Shown: positions 47,936 through 61,240, counted from the first letter of the stretch. The stretch: DNA of 64,000 nt from Massalongia carnosa (GCA_965645245.1 OZ287080.1:1736001-1800000), one strand, 5' to 3'. The notes: generated by a model not told the origin, from the sequence alone. A program made the numbers and translations.

Positions 47936-50540
47936 CTATAGCATCATCGAATGCCTCAAGGATAGGCCCATATAGCTTCTCCGGATCCGGTGGGGTTCCA
48001 GTAAACAACCCATCCTTATATGGGAAGAGGATACCCCGTATCTCTTGACATTAAGGCTTAAGGTGATCGAATATTGAAGCAAATTCCTCCAAAATGTCCT
48101 CAAACCCGTCAACACCCATATCGCCTCGTTTACTTCGAGCGATATCATCATAATCGCCCGTGTACCACTTCGTTAAAATGCTTTTCTTGGGTCTATCCAC
48201 CAACTTGCACCCAAATTCCCTTTCCCACGCACGACGAGCGCAGATCCATAGAAGCACATAAAAGAACGACTCGAGGTCATGCCGATAGGTATGAGCGACT
48301 TTGCGTAGCACTTCAATCGCCATAAACTCCAATTGTGCCTGTCTGATGCCGTGCGCCGGTTCGCCCGCCACCGACTATTTTCGCAAGATCTGCATCGATC
48401 AGCATCCCCGTGAAGCCATTAGCCTGCTTTGGATTTGTTATTATGATGTTGTTTTCCGAGATGTCTCTGTGCAGTATAGATCCTTCCAAGTACAAGGATC
48501 TATGCGCCTTGATCGCAACACGAAGTGTCATTAACAGCTCTAGGATCGAGTAAAAATCCTTGATTGCTCGTCCGGCCGGCGCGATAATTAAGCAGCCGAA
48601 TACGCGATTGTCGAATGATCTGTCGCTTGGGTCACAGAAACTCGAGGATTGTATATTTTCAAGGGCTTGTGACGATTCGTGTTCCTGAGATAGGTCTGAT
48701 CTTTGACTGTTGGATCTCGACCGCTTCGAAGACTTTTCTTCGCTTTCCTCACACTTTCGTTTCCTTGTACCGGCATTTCCCGGGGATTGCGACACTTCAT
48801 ACTCCTTGCGTGACGTCGACTTTTGACTGGTGGATGCGGGCTCCTTAAGCAACTTTCCTTCGTGGTCCACAGACTTTCGGCCCTTGTCTGTGTAATCTTC
48901 AGGGCCTCTGTAGCATTGTGTTCTTGATGTAGCCTTGACCTTTGAGTGTTGGATCTTGACCTTTTGGAAGGTTTTGCTTCGTTATCTGGAGATTTTCGTT
49001 TCTTCGAGCTCCTCGAAGAGATCTGCACGATGCTCAAACGTTGGAACGGCCCAGAAGACTGAGAAAGTGGCTGCTGTGATTGGGATTGCGAGAAAGATGC
49101 CGAGGTATTTGGCGAGGTATTTCGGAATCGGTGAGGAGCAGGAAAGGTTAATCCGCTACATATTTCCTCGATGCTAGTTATGTGTCGGTAGCCCAGCAAT
49201 CTTGCAACTCCTTTAACACCTTTCTGATGTGCCAACCTCAGGAGATCTGCCTCCGGTGGCCGCTTGGCGGATGTCCATGAGAACTTGGCTACATCTTCCA
49301 GATCCTTGGTGCGATGGCAGGTTGTTCCCCGACAGACAATGGCTCGTTGCACGACAAGCGGAGCACGCTCCAGCTGAAATCTCTTTTCCTTTCCAGTAGC
49401 ATCTTCGGTAATGGTTATAAATAGATCTCCACCATTCCGCTCAACGAATGTGTCCAAGCCCAGCTCTTCGTCGCTCATCATAGCGTACCCTGCAACGGCT
49501 CGGATAAATTGCTCGGGTTCCTCGTGAATATCGAATTCACCAGAGCTGTAAGGGTCAGATCGATCGAACACCCACAGCTCTATGGTGGTTCCGTGGAGGA
49601 AAAATCCATGGATGAAGCGGCGGGTAGGCTGGGCGGTAAACACATCACGCATGTACCTGCCGAGTTGGATGAGCAAAGTTTTAAAGTCGTCCTTTGATTG
49701 CTTGTGCTCAGCAATGACCCGGACGTCTTTCCACTTGTGTGTCGTTCCTACCTTGTCGCTCTTCCGTTTGATGAAGAGATCGAGCTGACGTCGTGCCTCA
49801 GCACCAGTAAGATCCTTGGTACTTCTGCTTGTGTAGTAGACACCTTGCGCGTCGGATAGAAACTCTTCCTGAAAATGAACTAACCATTCCCTACAGCATT
49901 CTGCACTGGCGGATCAGGGAAGTCAGTCCACCGGCCGTCGACATATCGGTCCTTCATGGCATTGTATATTTCTTTGCTCCGCTCAGTCCACTGCTTGCCC
50001 TCGAAATACTTTGAGAAGAATCCGCTAACATTCCTGTATGTACATCTCTTAATTTCGTGGAAAATCGGTCCATTCAACAACTCTTTGGTCTGCTCATCAC
50101 CTTGCTGCGGGCAGAGGAATGCGTGATGGGCGTGCCGTCGAACGAGACAGGAACGCTTGCAGGAGGGCTTATCCGAGAAAGAGTGATTACGAGATCGAAG
50201 ACAGCGTTCCAGATTTCGATGTCCGATGCCTTCTTAATAACTAGCCGTGATAGCGCACGGTAGTGTTCGTAATGGAAGTCACCCTTCTGGACGCGTTCGC
50301 GAACCCTTAGTAAGTCAGAAGTGACGTTTCAATTTCCAGTCTTCGAAGGGAGATAAAGAGTCACGTCTGGACCCATCAAAGCGCTCAGAAGCCTTGACGT
50401 TGCCTTTTGAAGTCCTTGGTCGGACCTGTCAACAGCTCCATCGTAAGAGATCACACCTGGCTTATAGACCGCTCCGCCTTCCGAAGCGCATCTTGTAGAT
50501 GATCTAGGGAGTCATCCAAAGGATGCTCCAGGATGATGGT
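47936..50540 (-). pseudogene. FunK1 / fungal-type protein kinase, multiply frameshifted
   Basis: 'QLGRYMRDVFTAQPTRRFIHGF...LWVFDRS', 'AIVCRGTTC', 'HRDISENNI', 'LIDADLA' and 'FMAIEVL...HTYRHDLESFFYV' spread over several frames. Confidence 0.85.
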
Positions 50541-51007
50541 GCGATCTTCTTGCGAAAGGTAGGTAGCGCCGGCCCGAGTCGAATCGTGAATCTGCTGTCT
50601 CACTGCAAGACTCTAGCAGAAACTGGCCAGAAGAGGGCTCGTTCAATTCGTGTTGGTCTCATCGCAAAATAGACGGCACAGTCTTGCAATACCCCAAGAG
50701 GTGGTTTGCCTTGAAGGTAAAAGTACTGGCTGTGCGAATGTGGGTGGTTGGTGAAAGGCAAGGAGAGGGGCCGGAAAACAGAAAGCGCGTTAGAATTTTC
50801 CGAGTGACTGGTGGAACCAGCCGAGGCTACTTTTGCCAAGACAGTCAGTCAGTACGGTGGTGCGGAAGACCTAGTTTGACCTCAAGGCATGTCGACTGAA
50901 AAGAAGAGAGAGAAGAATAAAACCACAATCGGACAGTCTCACCGCGCGCGTCCCGGGTGAGCCTAGCGCGCCCATCTCGATGAGTCATCCGTTCGTTGCC
51001 CCACCGC

Positions 51008-53415
51008 TAGGGCTAGGAAAAATACGTCAGTTGGGCCAACTGACACGTATTATACGTCACGATAAGACTTGGACCCTGTCTTTTTGGTATAATATTACTT
51101 AAGCATGTCAAATTTATCTTTCTCATAGATCAATACCTGAAATTACTAGACATTTCTACCTAATTTGAGGTACCTTCCTATTATCTCTATACATACATTG
51201 ATCATGTCTCGACAATCTGGACATTCTGGCGGTCGACCGAAAACTGGATGAGAATTTCGTTGATGTCATCATTGAAGGCATGAAATACCCTCAGCATCGT
51301 TGTACGCATTGCGGATATCAGTCTGCCAAAGTTGCTACCAAGGGTCAGCAGCATTTGCAGACATGCAATGCCTTTCAAGAAGTGCAAGAAAGAAGACAGC
51401 AAGAGACGTCTTCTAGGAGCAGCAAATCTTTGATTCAATTGCCCATCACCCCTTTGATTCGTCCCTTAAATCAAGCCCAAGTTGCGCATGCTCATCGCGC
51501 TGCTGCAATGTCCGTCTTTATGACCAATCTTCCGTTTAACCACTTCGAAAATCCCTATGTGATTGCTCATCATCAAGCACTGCATCCTGGATATAAAACT
51601 CCACATCATAAGCTCGTTGGCGGGAAATTATTGGACGACGCCTATGAGACGGTTAAACTGAAAGTAAATCAGCAGTTAGATGCCTGCAGTTATCTCAACT
51701 TCTTTACCGACGAAACGGCCAACATTAAGAAGGAACGGGTTATTAATCTCTGTTGTCATGTCCCTTCATCAGCTACCTCTCGAGGGGGGGGCTTTCATTT
51801 AAAAGCAATGGCCGGCATCGCTGAGACGATGACTGCAGCTGTTCAAGCTGAGTGGATGATAAAAGGCTGTAGAGAAGCGACAATAATCAGCTCTGGAGAG
51901 TCAATTGTATAGGAACAGATACTTGCTCTACTATGAAGGCCATGTGGTCTGAAATTCGAAAGTTTCCTGAGATGAGACACGTCTTTTTCGTTCCTTGCGA
52001 CAGTCACGGTTTACAGCTTCTTTTGGGAGACATTTTGAAGCTTCCTTTTTTTGCAGACATCATGCAAATAGCTCAGTCGATAGTGATAGCTTTTCGTGGA
52101 TCGAATAAAGAATTGGCCATTCTATGGAATTTTCAGATGAAGGTAAGTAGGAATGAAATTTCAATGCGGCATCAAAACGTCATTGCTAATTTATAACTTT
52201 CAAAGGCATACAATCAACGTCAATCACTGATTCTCAACGTTTTGACCAGATTGGGTACGACTGTAGGCCTTTTGAACTCGGTGCTAAAAAGCAAGCAGGC
52301 AATTTTGGATTATTTTCAGCAAAATGCTCCGGGCATTGATCAGGGCAGAAGTCATCCTTTAGGAACATTCGTCAACGACTTCTCGTTTTGGAAAAAGCTG
52401 GCCATCGTACAGAAAATTCTTGATCCCATACATAAAGCACAATACATGTCCGAGGCCGAGGGGCATAAACTGTACGCGGTGACTGCCAATTGGAACAGGC
52501 TTCGATCTCACCTATATACAATGGCCAAAGAGGATGAAGATTCTGAGATGGATTTGCATCACATTGCAGAGATAGTTTGGGAAGATCGATATCTCAGTCA
52601 AATAACTGAACTTCATGTGGTAGCAGCTCTGTTGGTTCCTCAGAATCATAACATTCAGGTGATTGGAGTATCCACGTCGCAGGCATTTTTCTCTATCATG
52701 CATAGATTCTTTGCTGAATATCTGAACGTTGAAGAAGCAAAGTCGGCAATGAAGCAATGGCTTTCTTTTCGAAATCAAGAAGACGGTTTTTATCCTGCCT
52801 CCGAATGCTGGACATATCAAACGGATTCGGAGCTGTTTTGGAACTTTTCCAGAAGCTTTGCTTTTGATCTCAGCAACATAGCTAGAAAGGTAATAATGCT
52901 GCCTGCTAATTCGGTGCTGGCAGAATGAAATTGGTCGGTCATGAATTTGATCATGACCAAAAGTCGGAACTCTCTACATTCCATCAATGTCGATAAACTC
53001 ATGTTTATTTACATGAATGAGCGTACTCTTAATCGGCCAACAGATTTCAAAAGCAAGCTTCAGTTTGCTGGCATCGACATCAATGAGACGGATCTTTGTG
53101 AGATGGAGGATAGACTACTGCAAGAAGAGATCTCTTTATCTGATACGTCCATGTCATCATCGAAAAGACCGGCGAGTCAAACGATATTTGGTGATGCGAC
53201 GAGAGCTTGGATAAACACCTAGCTAGTAGAGTAGGAGATACATAAAATTGTACGCAAATTGCTAACAAAAAATAAAGTATCTTTTCCCCACTTTCTATCT
53301 TCCCGCTTCTTCCGCCCCCCCCCCCTCCCCCCCTGTAGTTGGGCCAACTGACACGTATTAAACACTTCCCGATCGGGTTAGTCAATAAACATGTTTAATA
53401 CATATCCTAGCCCTA
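51008..53415 (+). mobile_element. hAT DNA transposon
   Basis: TIRs TAGGGCTAGGA (51008) and TCCTAGCCCTA (53405-53415). Subterminal motif AGTTGGGCCAACTGACACGTATTA near both ends. No matching TSD. Confidence 0.82.
51204..53222 (+). pseudogene. hAT transposase (BED finger, DUF659-like region, dimerization domain) with frameshifts and a stop
   Basis: CTHC...HLQTC, FTDETAN, CDSHGLQL, and 'PANSVLAE*NWS.MNLIMTKSRNSL' with TGA at 52926-52928. Confidence 0.82.
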
Positions 53416-53842
53416 GGTATGCCGACCGCAGCGATGTTCCGTATCGGGAAATCTACAGCGGTAGATTTCCCTTTTAGGCAGACTGATCACAGTCTGATCA
53501 CGTTCTGATCACTGTTCCTCTAAATCAACACTGGTGTGTCCATAATATCCAATGAGATTCTCCCGTGCCGATTTTTTTTGGGGCCGCGGGGTTGAGATTT
53601 AGCGTAAAAAATGCTGGCTTGGCCAAAGTGGCCTTATCTTTGGGGTAGCGTTATCCTGCAAAATCGTCTCGCTGTATATGGACAAGACAATATCGCCCGT
53701 GACCAAGCTCCATACCACGATTTTCTCTCCTCGACCCATTCAGTCGAACTGCAAAAAGCCTGCCTTTCCCCGTTTTGCGCCGCGAGCGACTTGCTGATCA
53801 ACGAGCGTTCTACATACCACGGATACCCTCTTTGGCGGCCGC

Positions 53843-56490
53843 ACGATGGACCCAGGCCCCTCCGCTGCAGGCCCGCTGTCGCAGATCCGGAGACGGCGGC
53901 GCCTCTTTCTTGGCCTCCTCCTGAGGCTTACGTTGATGTCGACGCCGTCAAGCGTGAGTCTCAGGCCTATGCCACCCACGGAAACAACGAGGCCGCCATG
54001 GCCGCCACCATGAGGCGCGTCCGCGGGGATGCGGGAGGAGGATCGGAGGGCCAACACCCTTAAGACGTACCGCAAGTGCTGGCATCTGTGGGAGGTGACT
54101 ACGATAGGTATGCACTGCAAATTTGGGCCTACGCTAACATCCTACAGAAGTGGTGCCGACGTCGCAATTTTCCTGACGGCGTCCTTGTGTGGGAGCGGAA
54201 GATGCTCTTCTTTCTCGAAGAGGTCCTCCTCCGCCTGCGCTTCGTCCTACGTCCCAAGCTCACAGGCGCAGCAGCGCAGGCCAGGCGGCGGGATCAGAAT
54301 CGCCAACGGCAGGCTTAGCGCCGCGCGTTGAAGAGGGGGAAGGGGAAGGCGATGGAGGCGGTGGAAGCCTCGCCAGCGGTAGAGGGAGAGGAGGTGGAGG
54401 AGGTGGAAAATTTCGAGGAAATCTCCGACGGCGAGGAGCTCGTTGAGACGGTGAGTCGCCCCCTGAACTCGAATTCAGGGATAGAATCATCTTTTTGTAG
54501 CTTACTGACTCGGCTTGCAGTAAGCCGACGACCCTTTATCCCGGCCCCTGGCGCCCGATAGCGTGGAATCGGGCTACGTCTCTGCCCTCCGCGCCCTCTT
54601 CGATGACCAGCATCTCGAAGAGAATTTGGTGGTGCCCCATCCCAAAGGGAAAGCCACCAAAGCCCTGATGACGCGCGCGCTTACGCATCGATTGGAGCGC
54701 TTTCAAGCGGGCCTCGTTCGAGGATCGCGCGATCCACGGCCTCACCGACGGCTACACGACTGAACAGGCCGCTCAATTGTCGGCAATGCTGCTCGCCGGG
54801 GCAAGGTTTGGGGGGAGGAGGGCGTGGCGGGCGGCGAGTGGCACCTCCTGCGAGACTCGCCTCGATTTCCTCCCAATGCATTCGATGATGCTGCGGGGGG
54901 AGTCAACGCGGAGGGCTGAGCTACCTGATCTCTGCGCCTACGACCTCCCTAACGAGGGGCCCGAATGCCTTGCGTTGATCCTTCGAATTGGCCAGGGCAA
55001 GAGCATTCCTCTGGCGGACGGGGGCAACTCGCGCCGCCAGCATTACCATGGTGCTTTGCGGAGCAGAGATGTCGTCCTCTGTCCTCTCGGCGCCCTCGCC
55101 CACTGGCTCGTCTTGCGCTGGGACCTCCTCCTGGAGAAGCGGCCGGACTTCCGGGATCGATCTTCGTGGTATTTCACGAAGGTCATCTCCGGGAGCCTGG
55201 CGCGATCTATGGAGGAGATCTCCGACAAAACACAGGCCCGATGGATTAAGCCGGCTTTGGATGCTGTCGGCGTCGACAGCTCCAAGACGGTCCACACCAT
55301 GCAGCAGTCCTCGTCACGGCTGGCCGACATGTTGGAGGTCCCCGCGGACCAAGTAAGTACTCTACGATTCATGGCCCCTTATACTTGCTAGCATTACCCT
55401 TATACCAACTACTACAGATCATGAGAGCAGGCGGATGGCCCTGCAGCGGCAGGTGTGGCCTTGGGTGGATGACGCTCTGGCAGCGTACAAAGGCGGTCTT
55501 TTCCTGATGTGGATAAGGCAGGGAAGAAGATTCTGCAGATGTTGCTGCGGCTGCGATGTCTTCCTGCAAGACGCGGCGCTTCTACAGTCTCAGTTTCCTG
55601 AGCTTTCGCTCTGGAGACAACAAGTCTTCAGAGATCCCCTTTGGCCTGCGTTCGTGGCGAAGATACGGGAGTTGGAGGCTGTAGAAAAGGAACCTTTGCA
55701 CGTGGCCATCCACGGCGTGCTGCCTCTTGTTGCTGACTCCGTTGATGGCGTCAGTAACAAGGTCAGCGGTGTTGCGATCAAGCAAGATCGCACGCTCAAC
55801 GCTGTGGAGAGGTTACTCTCCGGGCAGAGCCAGCTGACGACCACCTTGAGTGCGCTGTCGGTGGCAAATGCCCAGGAGATAGCTCGAATCCTGGGTCCGC
55901 AGCTCTCACAGTTGCAGGCTACGGTCTCGACGCTACCTCGATCCTTTCTGACGGTTCCTGTGGAGGCTGTTCGGAGGGACTGGCTGCTGGACGAGGCTTC
56001 TTGGCGAGGGTAGGCGACTGCTCTTGCGACGGCGGTGCATTCCGTTGGTGAAGAGCCTGCTGCGTCGGCGTCCTCGTACGTCGACGCAGTCGCTTCTCTC
56101 CTTCCTGCACCTTCTGTCGTCCTCACTTCCGTCCCCGGAGAGGCGTCTACGGTCTCTGCGCCCTGTGGCTCCCTCCCCCAAGAGGGGCCGCCTCAACATC
56201 CTCCTGGCTGCCCGGCGGAGCCTATTCTCGGCGGCGTGACCTCGGCGGAGGCGGTGTTGGAGGAATTCGCGGGGGGGACGTTGGTGGAGAGGGTCCGGCG
56301 TACGTCTCTCGACGAGTTGGACCGCCTCTTCGGGGCTAAGTGGAGGTGCACTCCTGCCCTGAGGCAGCGGTTCTACGTCAAGAGACGGATCCGTCGGTAC
56401 CTTCAGGGAAATGCGAATGAGCAGAGGAGGGATCCGTGGGATATTGCGCGGGAAGTTGACAGTTTGGGGCTCTCTGAACATCAGATCTAA
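53843..56490 (+). pseudogene. Crypton-type tyrosine recombinase (Ndc10-II-like + GCR1_C) relic
   Basis: 'NTLKTY...KWCRRRNFPDG..V.ERKMLFFL', 'LRGESTRRAELPDL', 'GALRSRDVVLCPLGALA.W...RW', 'PDF..RSSWY', 'KTVHT', 'VWPWVD', 'FLQDAA', and a GCR1_C-like end 'LDELDRLFGAKWR...RFYVKRR'. Introns, stops and frameshifts present; visibly GC-rich. Confidence 0.75.
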
Positions 56491-57236
56491 GCGTATTGAC
56501 GCTGAAGTGGATCTGCTTCGTAGATAGGCCAATGGTACATCTCTTTCTCTCTACGAATACTAGCCATGGAGGTCTGTAACACCGTTCTTACTAAGAAGCG
56601 ATCACTCGTAATGTGCCCGTAGTACCTCCTTCTCGTTCCTGTGACTGGGTGGGACATCTTGTGACAAAGCGTGCAACTACACCACGTATCGCGCTATCAG
56701 CGCTACGTTAATTCTACTCGGGGTAAGATGCTTCTTCTATTTAGAGGAAGCTCTTTTCAGCAAACCCAGTTTCATAATTCTAGCAAAACCCTTTTGTGGT
56801 TCGATTGCGAAGCACAAATGTCGACTTTCGCAACGACCGCACGGCGATCCTACACTTCACAGCATATCAAATTAGACAATTCAGGCACCGGTCTACTCGT
56901 TGAAGGATGCTCTATTTTGACGGTTTAAATTGCTTCAAAATAAAAACCTTTCTCGCTGCGCGAGACTACAACTTCGGGCTACTAAAGCTATTTGGCGTGA
57001 CAAGAAGGATTTAGGATTTTAAACGCCGCTAAGTATCACGGGCGAACAACGCGCGCCTTCAGTACGTTGGTCCAGTAGCTTCAATTCGGTGATCAGGACC
57101 ATTGGTCGAGTAACTAAAATTGACATATGTTACTCAAATTTTTCACCGTATCACCTATCTTTCATCACTAAGTCAGCGCCCAGCTTATTGACTCACACCA
57201 AGCCAAGTCAATCGACCCACCAAAGGAGTTTCCGAC

Positions 57237-59850
57237 ATGATCGAGCTCTCTGTCAATGATATTCGCGTCATATCAAGTTATCCGATCGGTGGAGCGCTCG
57301 AATCTTTTCGACAGTTGTTTCACTCCACTTGCGACAAACTCGGCGTTGCCAACTCCTCAGAGAGTATCAAGAGAGTTGTCTCAAGCGAAGGTATTGTCTG
57401 ACCCCGACCGTTTGGATTGATTCTTGTTAACAGATGCAGATGGCAGGGGTCTAGCGTGTCGACTTATCTATGTAATCCAAGGTCAAGATGCGGCCTATCA
57501 ACTTCCCTCCAAACACGGGGGTAGAACTCTATTCGATGATCTTTGTGGTCTATGAGTTCAAATTGATTTCGATCAGTTGGATGTCAAGTCTGTCACCCCT
57601 GTCTTGAACTCTGTCATCAGAGAAGTAAAAGATGAAGAAATCTGGCTTGCTGTATACGCCCTAATCGCACAAACAAAGCCGACCCACCCACCAACTACTC
57701 CTTCACCTTCCGGCCCTAACTTCGCTTCAGCTTTCAAGAACACATCAAACTGTTTCAGCTCTGGTAGCTTTCAAAACACATCTGAGCCTGTTGAAATGAT
57801 GAGGAATGTGCTCAGGTGGGAGCTCCAGTCGAATCTTGAGCTCGACCATCCCGATTTCATAGCCACATACCTTGCTGAAATCCCCCAAGTCGACGATGCA
57901 GCAACTGCCGTCTTCAAGAAGTGTTGCGATGGAAAGGACCCCTTTTACACGATTGGCTACGGATGGCGTGGTTGGGAGGACGGTGATGAAAAAGGCGTCC
58001 AGCGGTCGCTTGAGGGATGCGTCAGCAAATTTATGAAGTTTCTTGAGGAGGCCAGCATCGAGCCACCAAGCCAACGCCGGTTCGTGCCATCACCCAATAC
58101 CCCCGTCCCGGGAGCTGTGAAACGGAAGCCTGACCTGTGTGTCGCCACATTTGCTGCAGAAAGCATCGGTGTGCCCGCCAAGCCAAACAAACAGATAGCT
58201 TCTTGGCGTCAGGTACTTGTTGCCATTGAACTCAAATCTTCTGGACAGGACGGTTTGGAGAAGACATGGTCAGATGTCATGAAATACGCACGAGAAATCT
58301 TCAGACACCAAGATTCCCGCCGGTTTGTCCTTGGACTCACCCTATGTGGATCCACCATGCGGCTTTGGGAATTTGATCGACTGGGCGCCACGACTTCAGT
58401 GGCATTTGATATCCATAAAAATGGCCCTTTCTTTGTGAAGACCTTACTCAGCTTCCTCTGGATGAACGATGGACAGTTGGGCTTCGATCCGGACTTGATG
58501 GAGGTAGACGGTCAACGATTCGTCAAGATTAATAGAGACGGCAAAGAAGAGCGACTGATCATCACCGAAACGCTGAGAGCTCATGCAGCGTGCATAGCCG
58601 GCCGAGCGACGACTTGCTGGAAGGCATACCATGAGGGAGATGACTCCAAGAAGCCACTTGTAGTCAAAGACTCTTGGCAATACGTCAATCGACCAGAGGA
58701 AGGCGAGCTTATTCGCAAAGCCAATGCCGCAGGTGCCACTAACATCTCTCAATACTACCACCATGTAACGGTCTTGTTCAACGAAAAAGAAGACTTTATT
58801 CGCTCAAATGTTCGAAATGGCATGTCAACTGAAGCTGGTAGCAACCCGTTCACACAACCCGGTTTCTTTTCACCTGAAACTACCACATCCAGCAAAGCTT
58901 CCGGTTTCCCTTTAGTGGTTAAATCTAGTCAAGGTTCCGCTTCTCCGGTAATGGCTAGATCCAGCCGAGCGCCTGAACTAACCAAGACTCAATGTGTGAA
59001 TTCGCTTGGCTCAGCAAGCCAACAAAGCCAGACGTCCCGAAAGAGGCCATTAAGTCAGATTGAGGGACTAGAACCAGCACGAAAGCGCTCACGATCAATC
59101 ATGACTGCTAGGGAGGGCGACAATCGATCGACGAACGACAAAGTCTGTCGTCGCATCATAACTCAGAGTCCTGGTAAACCGCTTCGTGAGGCGAACTGTC
59201 CTGCAGCGCTAATCACAGGGCTACTTGGAGGCATCAAAGGTGAGCCAATCAATTGATTTGTTCATATGTGTAGCTAACGAGTGCAGGGCACGAGTCTCTC
59301 TACCAGGCTGATATACTCCACCGCGATATATCACTTGGAAATATCCTCCTTAAGGACGATGAAAGTGATGGGTTCCTGATCGACCTTGACCTTGCTGTGG
59401 ACATCACCCGGCTGGAGGCGGTCTGGAGCTCCGGGAATGACCGGCACCAAAGTCTTCATGGCCATCGGTGCCCTTGATGGCGATCCACATAGCTTCATGC
59501 ATGATCTCGAATCGTTCTTCTGGGTGCTTCTCTGGATCTGCATTCACTACACCGGGCCAGGTAAGGAACTTCATGACGTTGCCGACTTCAAAGACTGGAT
59601 TTACGAGTCTACCGCGAAACTTGCAAATTCGAAAAAGGGTCTAGTATCTGAAGAAAAAGATTTTGATGAGATGATGTCGGTCTCTGTTACAGGTTATTGT
59701 AAGGACTTGGTGCCCTGTGTTAAAGAGCTGTGGAAGATCATCTTTCCTGGAGGGAATCGGTGGAAAATAGAGGATCAGAGTCTTTATACCCAGATGAAGG
59801 CGGTGATTGAGAAGGCACGAGACAACCTTATCACGGAAGGGACAGTGTAA
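57237..59850 (+). pseudogene. FunK1 / fungal-type protein kinase (2 introns; TGA at 57553-57555, frameshift ~59421)
   Basis: 'RKPDL', 'YAREIFRHQDSRRFVLG..LWEFDRLG', 'IAGRATTCW', 'VVKDSWQY', 'HRDISLGNI', 'LIDLDLA' and 'TGTKVFMAI...HDLESFFWV'. Confidence 0.85.
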
Positions 59851-60024
59851 ATCAAGCCTTGTAAGCATCAATGCTAGCTGCGTTCGCTACGTTTAGTTAA
59901 TCTCTATTCTCACGTTCTTCCATGACTTGAGCTACGTGGCGAAAAGTACTTCAGGTATCTGTAGGGCTTAAAAATAGTGACAGCTGTGCCTCGAGAACCT
60001 CCAAGCATGCAAGACATAAAAATT

Positions 60025-60130
60025 TATTCATGATTATTGGCGCCCTTGATGGCGATCCACGCAGCTTTCTGCATGACCTAGAGCCCTCCTGGGTGCTGTT
60101 CTGGATCTGCGTGCATGCATTATACAGACC
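60025..60130 (+). repeat. Degenerate duplicate fragment of the FunK1 kinase (homologous to ~59453-59550)
   Basis: Shares GCCCTTGATGGCGATCCAC..AGCTT...GCATGA and CTGGGTGCT.TTCTGGATCTGC. Confidence 0.75.
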
Positions 60131-60489
60131 TCGTCAAGAAAGACGAGCCTAAATCCAAGTTCAAACAATAGAACTACGACTCTTGTGAGTAGGTTTGCAA
60201 TATATAATGATAAATTTCTGAAAGCTCGAAGCGCGTGACGTGGTCGAAGAGAAAATCACTGTTCCCGCACAACATCCATTCTCAGAAGCTCTAGGGTTGA
60301 GCTTTTCCAAGAAATTCGAAAAAAGTCGAAATATTCCTGCAACACGGACGGTCTTACAAGAGAATTGATTCTCATAAAAAGTCATTCTGACCGAGAATCT
60401 TGTTTTTTTTTTGGTAAATCGGCGTTTCTTAAATGCCCTCGATTAGGGAAAGATAACGAGGTGCTCATGATATATTCGGGATTTCTGTG

Positions 60490-61240
60490 ACGTACCAATT
60501 TTACATCGACATTCGGGTTTATCAGATCAATTTTTTTAGACCTTTAATCGTCGGCCTCGCTTAGCTGCCTCCATACGAGCGTAGTTTCAATTTCCTAAAT
60601 TCACCCATTTTACCACCTATTTTGCAGCTTTTTGCAACACTTCTCGACCGCAACCTACGACCGTTAGCTGTTATTATTCATACCATAGATAGACATCAAC
60701 TGCACATCCTAACTGCTCATTTATCAACCGGGAATGCATTATATTTTCCAATTTCACCAGTTTTATCGCCTATTTACAACTCATTTGCTATGCCGTCTCA
60801 TCATGATTTGCAACCTCCATTTGCTTTATTTTCAACCTCATTTGCAAATATTGATAAGTAGATATATATCAATTGCGCGTTCTAATAGTAACTCCTAGTA
60901 TGACGATAGCCTGCTTGATAAAAGTTAAACTGCTCATCCTCATCACCCTCATCACCCTCAATGTTGAACTCTGCAAGGACATCTTGGATAGCCTTATCAT
61001 GCCAATACTTATAGGGTTGAAATACGCCTACATCAAGGGGTTGCATACAGTGAGTCAGATGTGGTATCAGGAGGAGAGGGCGAATGTGATTTTCATTGGC
61101 AAGCTTTATAAACTCAGGGGTGCAATGAGTCCCATGATTATCCATGAGCATCAATTTCCACTGCTTTGTAGGCCCCGAGTTTGTATTCGCAATGAAGTTT
61201 CCGCACCGAGTCCTTAATAGGTGTATGCATATTTGTTCCT
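60490..61240 (-). mobile_element. pogo/Fot1 transposase remnant
   Basis: 'LLMDNHGTHCTPEFI...PHLTHCMQPLDVGVFQPYK' DDE_1 motifs; internally deleted. Boundaries approximate. Confidence 0.75.

Noticed and set aside
53843..56490. Starship captain (DUF3435) tyrosine recombinase
   Set aside because: The motifs and GCR1_C-like C-terminus fit Crypton/Ndc10-like proteins rather than DUF3435, and the copy is broken.
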